NCBI GenBank assembly: GCA_021816725.1
Contig: JAKAXD010000001.1
Coordinates: 313,257 to 377,256 of the forward strand
DNA: 64,000 nt
Reading direction: 5' to 3'
From: Thermoplasmata archaeon
Lineage (GTDB): Archaea > Thermoplasmatota > Thermoplasmata > Thermoplasmatales > GCA-001856825
The notes under the pieces are model-generated. The model searched no databases and was not told where the DNA came from. It saw nothing but the letters and a program-made list of their open reading frames with translations. The position numbers and the translations under genes were made by a program. Positions 18,346-25,936 of the stretch are shown here, piece by piece. Positions within the stretch are counted from its first letter, which is position 1. Each line of letters begins with the position of its first letter.

Positions 18346-19161
18346 TTACACCTCTTTCTCCAACAATTTGACAGAATCAGCTTTCACAGTGAGCGGAATT
18401 GGCACAATGGCATTCTGAAGTTCAAGCGTTATTTCATCCTTCTGACTGTCTACATGGGTAATCCTTGCCTTCTCCCCCTTGAATGGTCCTTCAGTCACCT
18501 CGACGAAATTGCCTACTCCAAGGGACTCCACTGCTGGCTTGGATACCAGATAATTCTCAATCTCAGATAGCTGAACCTCTCCCGCTATCATGTTCCTTGC
18601 CCCTCTCACCGTCCGGAGCAATCCCATGGTCCTATCAGGGTAGAGCGTTTCAATAAAAATATAACCTTTTACGTCCGGCGGAACGAGTATCGAGAATATG
18701 TACTCCTGTTTCTCTATTTTTGCCTTCAGTCCAATATCTCTTGCAATCTTGATCTCCTGGCCAATTGTCGTCTTGACGACGATAATTGTCTGTTTCACCT
18801 TAATGGAGAAGAGATTGCTGGAATTTCCATCGGATTTCAGTACAACTGTTGCGTAATCCCCTATTTCCCCTCCCTTTGGCGTCTCAACGGAGAGCGAATG
18901 GACCTCAATTGCCTTGGGCTTCAGCTTGTATTGTATCTTCAGCAAGTCCTGGTTCTTAGGTGATATAGCTACCTGCTTACCCCTCTTCTGTTCCTCAATC
19001 AAGAACCATTCTATTTCTTCCTTCTGTTCGTGGACATCTAACGAAAGTTCTAAGGATCCTTCTTTCTCCGCTGCTTCTTCATTTTCTATGACCAGGTTGA
19101 ATGGCACCTTCTTATTGGTGCCAACTTCAGAATCCTTGCCGTCACAGCTCCATTTGACCAT
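18346..19161 (-). CDS. spt5: Transcription elongation factor Spt5 (NusG) with an unusual 121-aa N-terminal extension
   Basis: The C-terminal 150 aa are a canonical NGN plus KOW (IIVVKTTIGQEIKIARDI...GYIFIE...; KOW VGNFVEVTEGPFKGEKARITHVD). The ATG at 19161 directly abuts the secE stop (19162-19164). The frame is open for 121 codons ahead of the NGN domain. Confidence 0.85.
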   Translation of the reverse strand: MVKWSCDGKDSEVGTNKKVPFNLVIENEEAAEKEGSLELSLDVHEQKEEIEWFLIEEQKRGKQVAISPKNQDLLKIQYKLKPKAIEVHSLSVETPKGGEIGDYATVVLKSDGNSSNLFSIKVKQTIIVVKTTIGQEIKIARDIGLKAKIEKQEYIFSILVPPDVKGYIFIETLYPDRTMGLLRTVRGARNMIAGEVQLSEIENYLVSKPAVESLGVGNFVEVTEGPFKGEKARITHVDSQKDEITLELQNAIVPIPLTVKADSVKLLEKEV

Positions 19162-19386
19162 CTACGGCACCTTGAAAAGGACGTTCATAAGGAGGTAGAT
19201 GATGAACCCAACCCCCCCTATAATTATAATTCCAATTCCTGTAATCAGTGAAGACTTTCCGAATTCATCCCTGGTTGGCTTTTTTGCCATTTTGAGAATT
19301 CTGGAATACTTTCCTCTACCTATCCTCTTTACTCGTTCTGTAATAGAATCTTCTAGATCCTCTATCCTATCATCCATATCAACCAT
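19162..19386 (-). CDS. secE: Protein translocase subunit SecE (Sec61 gamma)
   Basis: 74 aa. KMAKKPTRDEFGKSSLITGIGIIIIGGVGFIIYLLM gives a single C-terminal TM. Conserved position upstream of spt5. Confidence 0.9.
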   Translation of the reverse strand: MVDMDDRIEDLEDSITERVKRIGRGKYSRILKMAKKPTRDEFGKSSLITGIGIIIIGGVGFIIYLLMNVLFKVP

Positions 19387-19398
19387 ATATGGCTACCT

Positions 19399-20391
19399 CT
19401 AAACGTACTTGTTTTTGGCTCCCACCAATATGGCTAATACCTTTATATCATTTTTCATAGTCTCATCGATCCTTGCGCCCCAGATAATTCTCGCATTTGG
19501 GTTTATCCTCTTCTTTATTTCGTCAAGAACTGTATGCGCCTCTTCTACTGACATGTTTGAACTGCCGGTAACAGAAACTATTGCTGAGGTGGCAGTTGAT
19601 ATTTCGAGGTCCAGCAGTGGAGAACTTAGCGCCTTCTTTGCAGCCTCCAGAGCTCTCTCCTGTGAACCCGATTGCCCCATACCGATCATGGCTGTTCCCC
19701 CATCCTTCATAACAGTCTTCAAATCGTTGAAATCAAGATTTACCAGTCCCGGCTTGGTGACGAGTTCAGTCAATCCCTTTATGGATTTCATGAGGGTCTC
19801 GTCTGCGAACCTGAAGGCCTCATTTAGGGGCAATCTTGGTACTATCTCCAGAAGTTTATCGTTGGGTATGATAACAATCGTATCTGATTTCTCCTTCAGT
19901 TTTTCAAGTCCCCACAGGGCATTCTCCTTCCTCATAGTACCCTCTGACGAGAATGGAGTGGTTACGACTGAAATTACCAGGGCCCCTGCATTCTTCGCCA
20001 CTTCCGCTACAACTGGTGCTGAGCCTGTGCCTGTTCCCCCTCCCATGCCTGCAGTTATGAACACGATATCTGCCCCTTCAACTGCCTCGTTGATGTCTAT
20101 TTCTGCCTCCCTTGCAGACATTTCACCTATCTGTGGTATTGCCCCGGCTCCGAGCCCCCTAGTTGTCCTCTTCCCCAGTAAGATCTTCTTGGAGGCCTGA
20201 GTGAGCAGCAGATGCTGCGCATCCGTATTTGCTGCTATTATGTCTGCGCCCTGTATTCCCTCCTCCATTATCCTGCTGATGGTGTTTGATCCTGATCCTC
20301 CGCAGCCGAAAATTTTGATGCTTGTTTTCAAGCTTTTCAAAACTTCTATTAACTCCGCGTCGGTGTCTTGAAATGTTTCGTTGTCAGGCAT
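19399..20391 (-). CDS. ftsZ: Cell division GTPase FtsZ (canonical, full length)
   Basis: IKIFGCGGSGSNTISRI, NTDAQHL, GMGGGTGTGSAPVVAE (tubulin signature), TTPFSSEG, T7 loop VNLDFNDLKTVM. The ATG at 20391 is preferred over the GTG at 20403 because of the TATA-like atataaatat (minus strand) at 20421-20430. Confidence 0.93.
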   Translation of the reverse strand: MPDNETFQDTDAELIEVLKSLKTSIKIFGCGGSGSNTISRIMEEGIQGADIIAANTDAQHLLLTQASKKILLGKRTTRGLGAGAIPQIGEMSAREAEIDINEAVEGADIVFITAGMGGGTGTGSAPVVAEVAKNAGALVISVVTTPFSSEGTMRKENALWGLEKLKEKSDTIVIIPNDKLLEIVPRLPLNEAFRFADETLMKSIKGLTELVTKPGLVNLDFNDLKTVMKDGGTAMIGMGQSGSQERALEAAKKALSSPLLDLEISTATSAIVSVTGSSNMSVEEAHTVLDEIKKRINPNARIIWGARIDETMKNDIKVLAILVGAKNKYV

Positions 20392-20494
20392 ACTAACTAC
20401 CACTTTGACAAATTATTTCGATATTTATATGTGATGCTGCAAGACCAAGTTATAATCCCAATATCATGAAACTCATCTTCGATAGGAAAAGATG

Positions 20495-21301
20495 TCAGTC
20501 GTCCTTCCTCGCATATCCATGCGCCATGGACTTATTCGCTAGGACAAACGATTTCTCCCCGTAGAATCCAACGGCACCTAGGGAATATTTCGAATTGCCT
20601 GCGATCGATTCCCATTCTTTCTCAAGAGTGTCCCTGTTACAGTAGAGATCATAGGATAACTGTCTCCTGATTATCTCCTCTCCGATCCCAGTTGCGGCTA
20701 TGCCAAAGCCATTCTTCACCAGAATCCCAGAGCCGGGAATGGGAGTGTCTCCAACCCTTCCCCTCATCATCGGGCTGGAACCCCCAGTGGACAGTGCTGC
20801 CGCAATCTTTCCGTTGAAGTTTGCAACAGCGCCAACTGTGTCCACAGACATTGCCTCTTTGTAGAGGAACCTGGGATCCTTTTTTGCTTCTGCCTTCGCC
20901 TCTTCCAATCTCTTCCTTGCTTTATCTGTCGTAGGATCATACATGGGATGGCCTTTCTCCCTGGCAAACTTGGTTGCTCCGTCTGCGCATAAAATAACGT
21001 GGGGGCTACCCTCCATAACCTCCCTCGCGACCTGGACTGGATTCTTAACGAATTCTATGTTTATAACAGCTCCGAAATTACCATCTATCATCACAGCGGC
21101 ATCCATCTGGATGCTTCCATCCAGCCTCATTACAGAACCTGTGCCGGCGTTGAAGTTAAGGTCGTCTTCCATGTATTTTACTGCGGCTACTACGGCATCA
21201 ATGGGATCTTGGTAGTTGATTGCATACGACGCGTATTTGTTAAGCAAACCGCTCAGCTCATTACTACTTCCGACACCGCCATGAAGAATGATCTGTCTCA
21301 T
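20495..21301 (-). CDS. Isoaspartyl peptidase / plant-type L-asparaginase (Ntn hydrolase)
   Basis: 268 aa. NAGTGSVMRLDGSIQMDAAVM and the autocleavage/nucleophile site DTVGAVA. Confidence 0.88.
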   Translation of the reverse strand: MRQIILHGGVGSSNELSGLLNKYASYAINYQDPIDAVVAAVKYMEDDLNFNAGTGSVMRLDGSIQMDAAVMIDGNFGAVINIEFVKNPVQVAREVMEGSPHVILCADGATKFAREKGHPMYDPTTDKARKRLEEAKAEAKKDPRFLYKEAMSVDTVGAVANFNGKIAAALSTGGSSPMMRGRVGDTPIPGSGILVKNGFGIAATGIGEEIIRRQLSYDLYCNRDTLEKEWESIAGNSKYSLGAVGFYGEKSFVLANKSMAHGYARKDD

Positions 21302-21320
21302 GGGACTGAATGCGTCAAGG

Positions 21321-21332
21321 ATAAATATTTAT
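21321..21332. promoter_or_regulatory. Palindromic TATA element likely serving both divergent genes (asparaginase and pyrB)
   Basis: ataaatatttat is a perfect 12-bp palindrome. It is centred 25.5 bp from the ATG at 21301 (minus) and 25.5 bp from the ATG at 21352 (plus), in a 50-bp intergenic gap. Confidence 0.5.
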
Positions 21333-21351
21333 TACGCGCGTTGTTCAATAA

Positions 21352-22275
21352 ATGATGTGGTTAAATCGTGACATCGTTTCTATTGGCGACTTCAGCGTTG
21401 ACGAGATAATGGAGATAATTGACAAAGCGAACAAGATGGTCCAATATGCAAGTTCAGGCCATCCTGAAAGACCACTTTCTGGCAAAATAGTTGCTACGTT
21501 GTTCTACGAACCTAGTACGAGAACGAGGCTGAGCTTTGAGTCTGCAGCAATGAGGATGGGTGCAAGGGTGCTCGGGTTCGGATCGCTTGAGGGGAGTTCT
21601 GTCGCTAAGGGGGAAACGCTCTCAGACACTATAAGGATAGTCAACAGTTATTCAGACGCAATTGTGCTAAGGCACCCTGCCGAAGGGGCTGCCAGGCTTG
21701 CCTCAGAATTCGCAGACGTTCCAGTTATAAATGCAGGAGACGGTGCTGGGCAACATCCAACCCAGGCACTCCTGGACATTTTTACCGTATGGAAGGAATC
21801 CGGTCCTGTGAACGGAAAAAGCATTGGCTTCGTAGGAGATTTGAAGTACGGACGGACAGTGCATTCACTCAGCAAGGCCCTCTCGATGTTCGACGTCTCC
21901 CTTTACTTCATTTCACCTGATGAACTGAAGATTCCAAAACACATAAAGAAAGACATTGAAAAGAGGGTTCCTGTAAGGGAGACTAGGAATTTAGAGGATG
22001 TGATCGAGGAGCTGGACGTTCTGTACGTCACAAGGATCCAGAAGGAGAGGTTCCCTGACATTGAGGAATACAAGAAAGTTGCGGGAATATACGTAATAAG
22101 GCCATCTCTCATATCGAGGGGTAAAAAGAACCTGATCATAATGCATCCGTTGCCAAGAGTAGATGAGATACCTCCTGAGATAGACCATCTCCCTCAGGCC
22201 AGATACTTCAAACAGGCATCCTACGGTGTGCCAGTCAGGATGGCAATTCTTGATCTTATACTGAGGGGTGAGTAG
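21352..22275 (+). CDS. pyrB: Aspartate carbamoyltransferase catalytic subunit
   Basis: 307 aa. STRTRLSFE, HPTQALLD, HPLPRVDEI. Confidence 0.96.
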   Translation: MMWLNRDIVSIGDFSVDEIMEIIDKANKMVQYASSGHPERPLSGKIVATLFYEPSTRTRLSFESAAMRMGARVLGFGSLEGSSVAKGETLSDTIRIVNSYSDAIVLRHPAEGAARLASEFADVPVINAGDGAGQHPTQALLDIFTVWKESGPVNGKSIGFVGDLKYGRTVHSLSKALSMFDVSLYFISPDELKIPKHIKKDIEKRVPVRETRNLEDVIEELDVLYVTRIQKERFPDIEEYKKVAGIYVIRPSLISRGKKNLIIMHPLPRVDEIPPEIDHLPQARYFKQASYGVPVRMAILDLILRGE

Positions 22276-22746
22276 ATGACAGAAGAGAAGATGCTGAAGG
22301 TCGAGAAAATAAGACGTGGGACTGTGATCGACCACATCCCAGTTGGAAGGGCATTCAAGGTGCTCAAGATATTGAAGATCTCAAGCGATCCAGGGGTGAC
22401 TGTTAGCATTGCTATCCACGTGAAGAGCAAGAAGATGGGATTGAAGGACGTTGTAAAGATAGAAGACAGGATACTGGATTCATCGGAGCTCAACAAGATT
22501 GCGCTCATAGCAGATGGCGCAACAATCACAATAGTTGAGGATTACGGCGTTATCAAGAAGTTCGTCGTTAAGCTTCCAGACATAATTACAGGAATACTCA
22601 AATGCAGCAACCTAAAGTGTGTATCCAACATGGAAGGGAGCATAATCCCGTCTTTTACACTTATTTCAAAAGAACCGCTTACGATAAAGTGCCACTACTG
22701 TGAAAGGGAGATGGAAACGGAAGAGATTGTTGAGAATATCCTTTAG
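22276..22746 (+). CDS. pyrI: Aspartate carbamoyltransferase regulatory subunit
   Basis: 156 aa starting immediately after the pyrB stop. VEKIRRGTVIDHIP and a C-terminal zinc site CSNLKC...KCHYC. Confidence 0.95.
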   Translation: MTEEKMLKVEKIRRGTVIDHIPVGRAFKVLKILKISSDPGVTVSIAIHVKSKKMGLKDVVKIEDRILDSSELNKIALIADGATITIVEDYGVIKKFVVKLPDIITGILKCSNLKCVSNMEGSIIPSFTLISKEPLTIKCHYCEREMETEEIVENIL

Positions 22747-22756
22747 ATAGACTGCC

Positions 22757-23416
22757 TCATCCCTCCTTGTGGATGGTGATCTCTATCTTGTCTCCATCCT
22801 TCAGTCCATACTTCGACCTGAGATTGCTTGGTGAAATTACCTCAAGCACCCTGTCATAATGTGTCCTTTCCGGGAGTACTACCCCGACTGGAGCGTCGAA
22901 CATCTGAGCCTTTAGGAGTTTTATTGCACCGAACTTCCTCCCATCCTGCTCAAATGGTTCCACCTCGAACCCGGGTATGTTGTTGATAATTGTGCTGAAA
23001 GTCGAATATTCCTCTGTGAATCTCAGATTAAGCGTCCCAGGGAATGGCTCAAAATTAAGGTATTCCTTGATCTTGCTGACGTAACCGCCTCTAGAGATGT
23101 AGTACGATCCTTCCCCCAGTCCCGTGAAAAGTGTTCCTTCTACTATTATGTCATTAGATTCGCTCAAAATATATCGTATGGTGTTAAGCTGATCCTTTAG
23201 TTCATCAAACGTCTTCTCGGTAAGCGTGATCTCTTCACCACGAGCTACCCTTCTTCTGACGATGTAACCCTCTCTTTCAAGTGTAATCAGGTATCTGGAA
23301 ACAGATTGCTGGGAAATACCCAGTTCCCTCGCAATATCAGAAGTGTTGAGAATTTTCTTTCCCCCTCTGTGATTGAGAGCGATAGTCTTAAGGAAATCAA
23401 GTATCACAGGTTTCAT
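22757..23416 (-). CDS. ribK: Bifunctional HTH regulator / CTP-dependent riboflavin kinase (RbkR type)
   Basis: N-terminal wHTH TSDIARELGISQQSVSRYLITLEREGYI. C-terminal archaeal riboflavin kinase domain with PGTLNLRF. The ATG at 23416 forms an ATGA overlap with the upstream PIN gene stop; the ORF-track start at 23458 is probably too long. Confidence 0.85.
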   Translation of the reverse strand: MKPVILDFLKTIALNHRGGKKILNTSDIARELGISQQSVSRYLITLEREGYIVRRRVARGEEITLTEKTFDELKDQLNTIRYILSESNDIIVEGTLFTGLGEGSYYISRGGYVSKIKEYLNFEPFPGTLNLRFTEEYSTFSTIINNIPGFEVEPFEQDGRKFGAIKLLKAQMFDAPVGVVLPERTHYDRVLEVISPSNLRSKYGLKDGDKIEITIHKEG

Positions 23417-23745
23417 ATCTTTCTCACTACACCCTTCGAGACTGATGTGACTCTGCAATTCAAGTTCCTTAAGGTGGTCGTAAGCGCCCTGTCATTAGTT
23501 ATAACCGTTCCGCCATATTTCATTGCGGCTTCTATGATCCCCCTATCGCCACTTGATTCCACATTAAGTATTTTGTACCTGCCTGTGGTCTCCAGCGCTA
23601 GTCTTGCATTTGAATCCTTCACTGACAATTTCTTCAGTTCCCTTATCGCTGAAGTTGGGATCCCTATCTCCTCACTGATGAATTTCTCCAGAGGAATCTT
23701 TTCCTTTATCGAGTAAATAAGGGCGTTTGTGTCCAGTATTATCAA
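23413..23745 (-). CDS. PIN-domain protein (Fcf1/VapC-like, housekeeping archaeal type)
   Basis: 110 aa. N-terminal IILDTNALIYSI acidic PIN strand and TNDRAL near the C-terminus. The TTG start overlaps the aIF2-beta stop (TTGA). Confidence 0.7.
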   Translation of the reverse strand: MIILDTNALIYSIKEKIPLEKFISEEIGIPTSAIRELKKLSVKDSNARLALETTGRYKILNVESSGDRGIIEAAMKYGGTVITNDRALTTTLRNLNCRVTSVSKGVVRKI

Positions 23746-24359
23746 TTCTTTTTCACCAATATGCCAAGGGCGTAGTTCTTCCTGATTCTGTCTATCCTGA
23801 CCGTCACCTTCTGTCCTTTCTTAGCTCCAGGAATTATCACCGTTATGTCTCCCTTTATCGAAATTCCATCCCCGTCCCTGTTTAGGTCCGTGACCTCAAG
23901 TTCGTACGTCTTCCTTTCTTCAATCTTCTCCTCTGAATATTTTATCTCTTTATGGGCATGAAGTGGCCTCTCTGCCCCACACGCCTTACACCGTATAACT
24001 TCATTCCTGAACTCCCTTATCATCTCAGTGTCGTAGTTACCGCATTCATAGCACTGCACGTAGGTCCTCAGATATTCCTGGAAAGCTTTCTCTATACTCC
24101 CTTCTGGAGGTTTTCCCTTGAATATGAGCCTACCATCTGATATGTCCCCGGACAGACCAAACTGTTTGATAAGGAACTTGTAAACATGAGACTCATCCCT
24201 GTTGATCACATCGACAATTTCCTTGAAATTTTTAATTATCGTCAGTTTTCCTTCCGTTATAATTTCTGGTTTGGGAATTTGGAATCTCTTCTTTTCCTCC
24301 CTTTTCTGTACAGAGGATTTGACCTTCTTAAGCATCTCAGAATAATCTCTTTCTTCCAC
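23742..24359 (-). CDS. eif2b: Translation initiation factor aIF2 beta subunit with C-terminal TRAM-like extension
   Basis: 205 aa. Core with zinc ribbon CYECGNYDT...CKACGAERP, followed by about 60 aa (YELEVTDLNRDGDGISIKGDITVIIPGAKKGQKVTVRIDRIRKNYALGILV) resembling a TRAM beta-barrel. Confidence 0.88.
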   Translation of the reverse strand: MEERDYSEMLKKVKSSVQKREEKKRFQIPKPEIITEGKLTIIKNFKEIVDVINRDESHVYKFLIKQFGLSGDISDGRLIFKGKPPEGSIEKAFQEYLRTYVQCYECGNYDTEMIREFRNEVIRCKACGAERPLHAHKEIKYSEEKIEERKTYELEVTDLNRDGDGISIKGDITVIIPGAKKGQKVTVRIDRIRKNYALGILVKKN

Positions 24360-24671
24360 TCAAAGAGATTGGAACCTGCTTAAAGAATTTTTACAAGTGT
24401 CAGAAATTTAGCATCATGAATGACAACATTTGACACTTGGCAAACATAGTCACGTCAGATGACATCTCCTGTATGACATTAGGAAAAGAACGTGTCGAAC
24501 AATTTCACTCGGCTATTGATTAGAGTTGATATAAATATTACATATTAGAGCTAAAATTTATTTTATTATAGTTAGATTTATTTTAGGTAACTACTAAATT
24601 GGTTGTACGCCATGATTAGAAATATTTAAATACAGTTATGTTTATGTCATACTCAAGAGGATTGATTCAAA

Positions 24672-25094
24672 GTGGATTCTAGTAGTACCAGGAGAATTGC
24701 CCTTCGTCTGACACCACAGGAGGATGATGAAATCAATGACTTTCTCAGCACATCACTGCGATTCAAGACAAAGTCTGAATTGATACGAGCTGCAGTCTAT
24801 TCGTATATTCAGCATCCCCAGACACAACAAGCACCTGTCGAGACTTCTGAGATGAAACTTTCAAAAGCAACTCTAATCACTTTGGATCAGATGGTCATGA
24901 AGGGCCTCTTTAAAGATAGGTATGATGCAATAGAATTCATCATAAGGAAGGTCAATGAAGAGCACTTCCTGCCCATGTGGCTTAACAAACTTGTCAGGGG
25001 ATACCTTGACGACAGGAACCTTTTGAATTTCGAAGATCTTCAATTCGAAGAAAAAGGTGGGGAACGACAGAAGGGTGAAAAAAGTGATAGATGA
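24672..25094 (+). CDS. Ribbon-helix-helix DNA-binding protein, apparently two RHH repeats in one chain
   Basis: 140 aa. Repeat 1 is RRIALRLTPQEDDEINDFL...KSELIRAAVYSYI. Repeat 2 is KLSKATLITLDQMVMKGLFKDRYDAIEFIIRKV. Acidic/basic tail. The GTG start is preceded by tttaaata about 40 nt upstream. Confidence 0.7.
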   Translation: MDSSSTRRIALRLTPQEDDEINDFLSTSLRFKTKSELIRAAVYSYIQHPQTQQAPVETSEMKLSKATLITLDQMVMKGLFKDRYDAIEFIIRKVNEEHFLPMWLNKLVRGYLDDRNLLNFEDLQFEEKGGERQKGEKSDR

Positions 25095-25845
25095 AAATAG
25101 ATCCGGTCTATTATACAAAGTGAAAAGCGGCCTTAAGAGTGATAGAAAATTTCTAGAACCTTCCATAGTGTGCGTAGGCATTGGTGGAGGGGGTTGCAAT
25201 ATCGTGTCTGAATTGAGCAACAAGAGAAGGGAGGTTAACTTGTACTGCCTTAACACCGATGCTCTTTCCAATGCAAAGCGTAGCGACGTTACATCAGTAA
25301 ATGTTGGTGCAGATTACATTCTGGACAACAGGGATTCTGGGGGGTATGTAGAAGTTGCAAAAAAGGCATTCAAGGAAGATTCTGCGATGATAGACGTCCA
25401 GGTACTTAGAAGAGCGGACCTGGTACTTGTTGTTACAACTCTTGGCGGTGGAACTGGATCAGGCGGTGTGATTGAAATTGTGAGGCTTCTTAAGATGGAG
25501 AACACGCCCTTCAAGATATTTGCGGTGAGACCATTCGAATTTGAGGATAAGAGGAAAGAAGTAGCAGATCTGGCAATTGCCCAGCTCAGGAAAGAGACAG
25601 ATCACATCGATATATACGATAACAATGAGTTTGAGTCAATAGCAGAAATAAACAAGAGGATCAAGGAGGATATGGATTCAACAATTGACAGTCAGTTAAA
25701 GCTTTACGACACAATCTATGGGAAGTACAGCGATTCATTTGATCGTATCATAGAAGAAACATTGGATGAAGTGCTAAACGAGGAAGTCGTTACGATAGAT
25801 ATAGAGGTTGATCCAATAGAAACACAGGTCTCCAAACCTCATTAA
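25057..25845 (+). CDS. Truncated FtsZ-like GTPase (N-terminal nucleotide-binding domain only)
   Basis: 262 aa. VCVGIGGGGCNIV (T1), NTDA, VVTTLGGGTGSGGVIEIV (tubulin/FtsZ signature), AVRPFEFEDKRKE (compare FtsZ PFxFEGxxR), IYDNNEF. No T7 NxDxxD loop and no C-terminal domain. Overlaps the RHH gene by 11-38 nt depending on which GTG (25057, 25075 or 25084) is used. Confidence 0.75.
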   Translation: MGNDRRVKKVIDENRSGLLYKVKSGLKSDRKFLEPSIVCVGIGGGGCNIVSELSNKRREVNLYCLNTDALSNAKRSDVTSVNVGADYILDNRDSGGYVEVAKKAFKEDSAMIDVQVLRRADLVLVVTTLGGGTGSGGVIEIVRLLKMENTPFKIFAVRPFEFEDKRKEVADLAIAQLRKETDHIDIYDNNEFESIAEINKRIKEDMDSTIDSQLKLYDTIYGKYSDSFDRIIEETLDEVLNEEVVTIDIEVDPIETQVSKPH

Positions 25846-25936
25846 TCTTTTTTATATATTTCCCCTTTATACCAGACATTTTCTAGGCCCCCCGCATTAA
25901 GGAAAATACATATTGGCTGTTTTCATTACAATTCAA

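Noticed and set aside
19409-20200. 263-aa plus-strand ORF, with similar long ORFs at 16500..16952, 17367..17900, 17879..18418, 29519..30115, 33786..34385, 38200..38808 and 57509..58132
   Set aside because: All lie antisense to strongly recognisable conserved genes (ftsZ, P0, L1, L11, cysC/AlkP, GNAT, purL, fdhA). They have Ser/Leu/Pro-rich shadow-frame composition and carry no recognisable motif, so they are mirror ORFs rather than genes.
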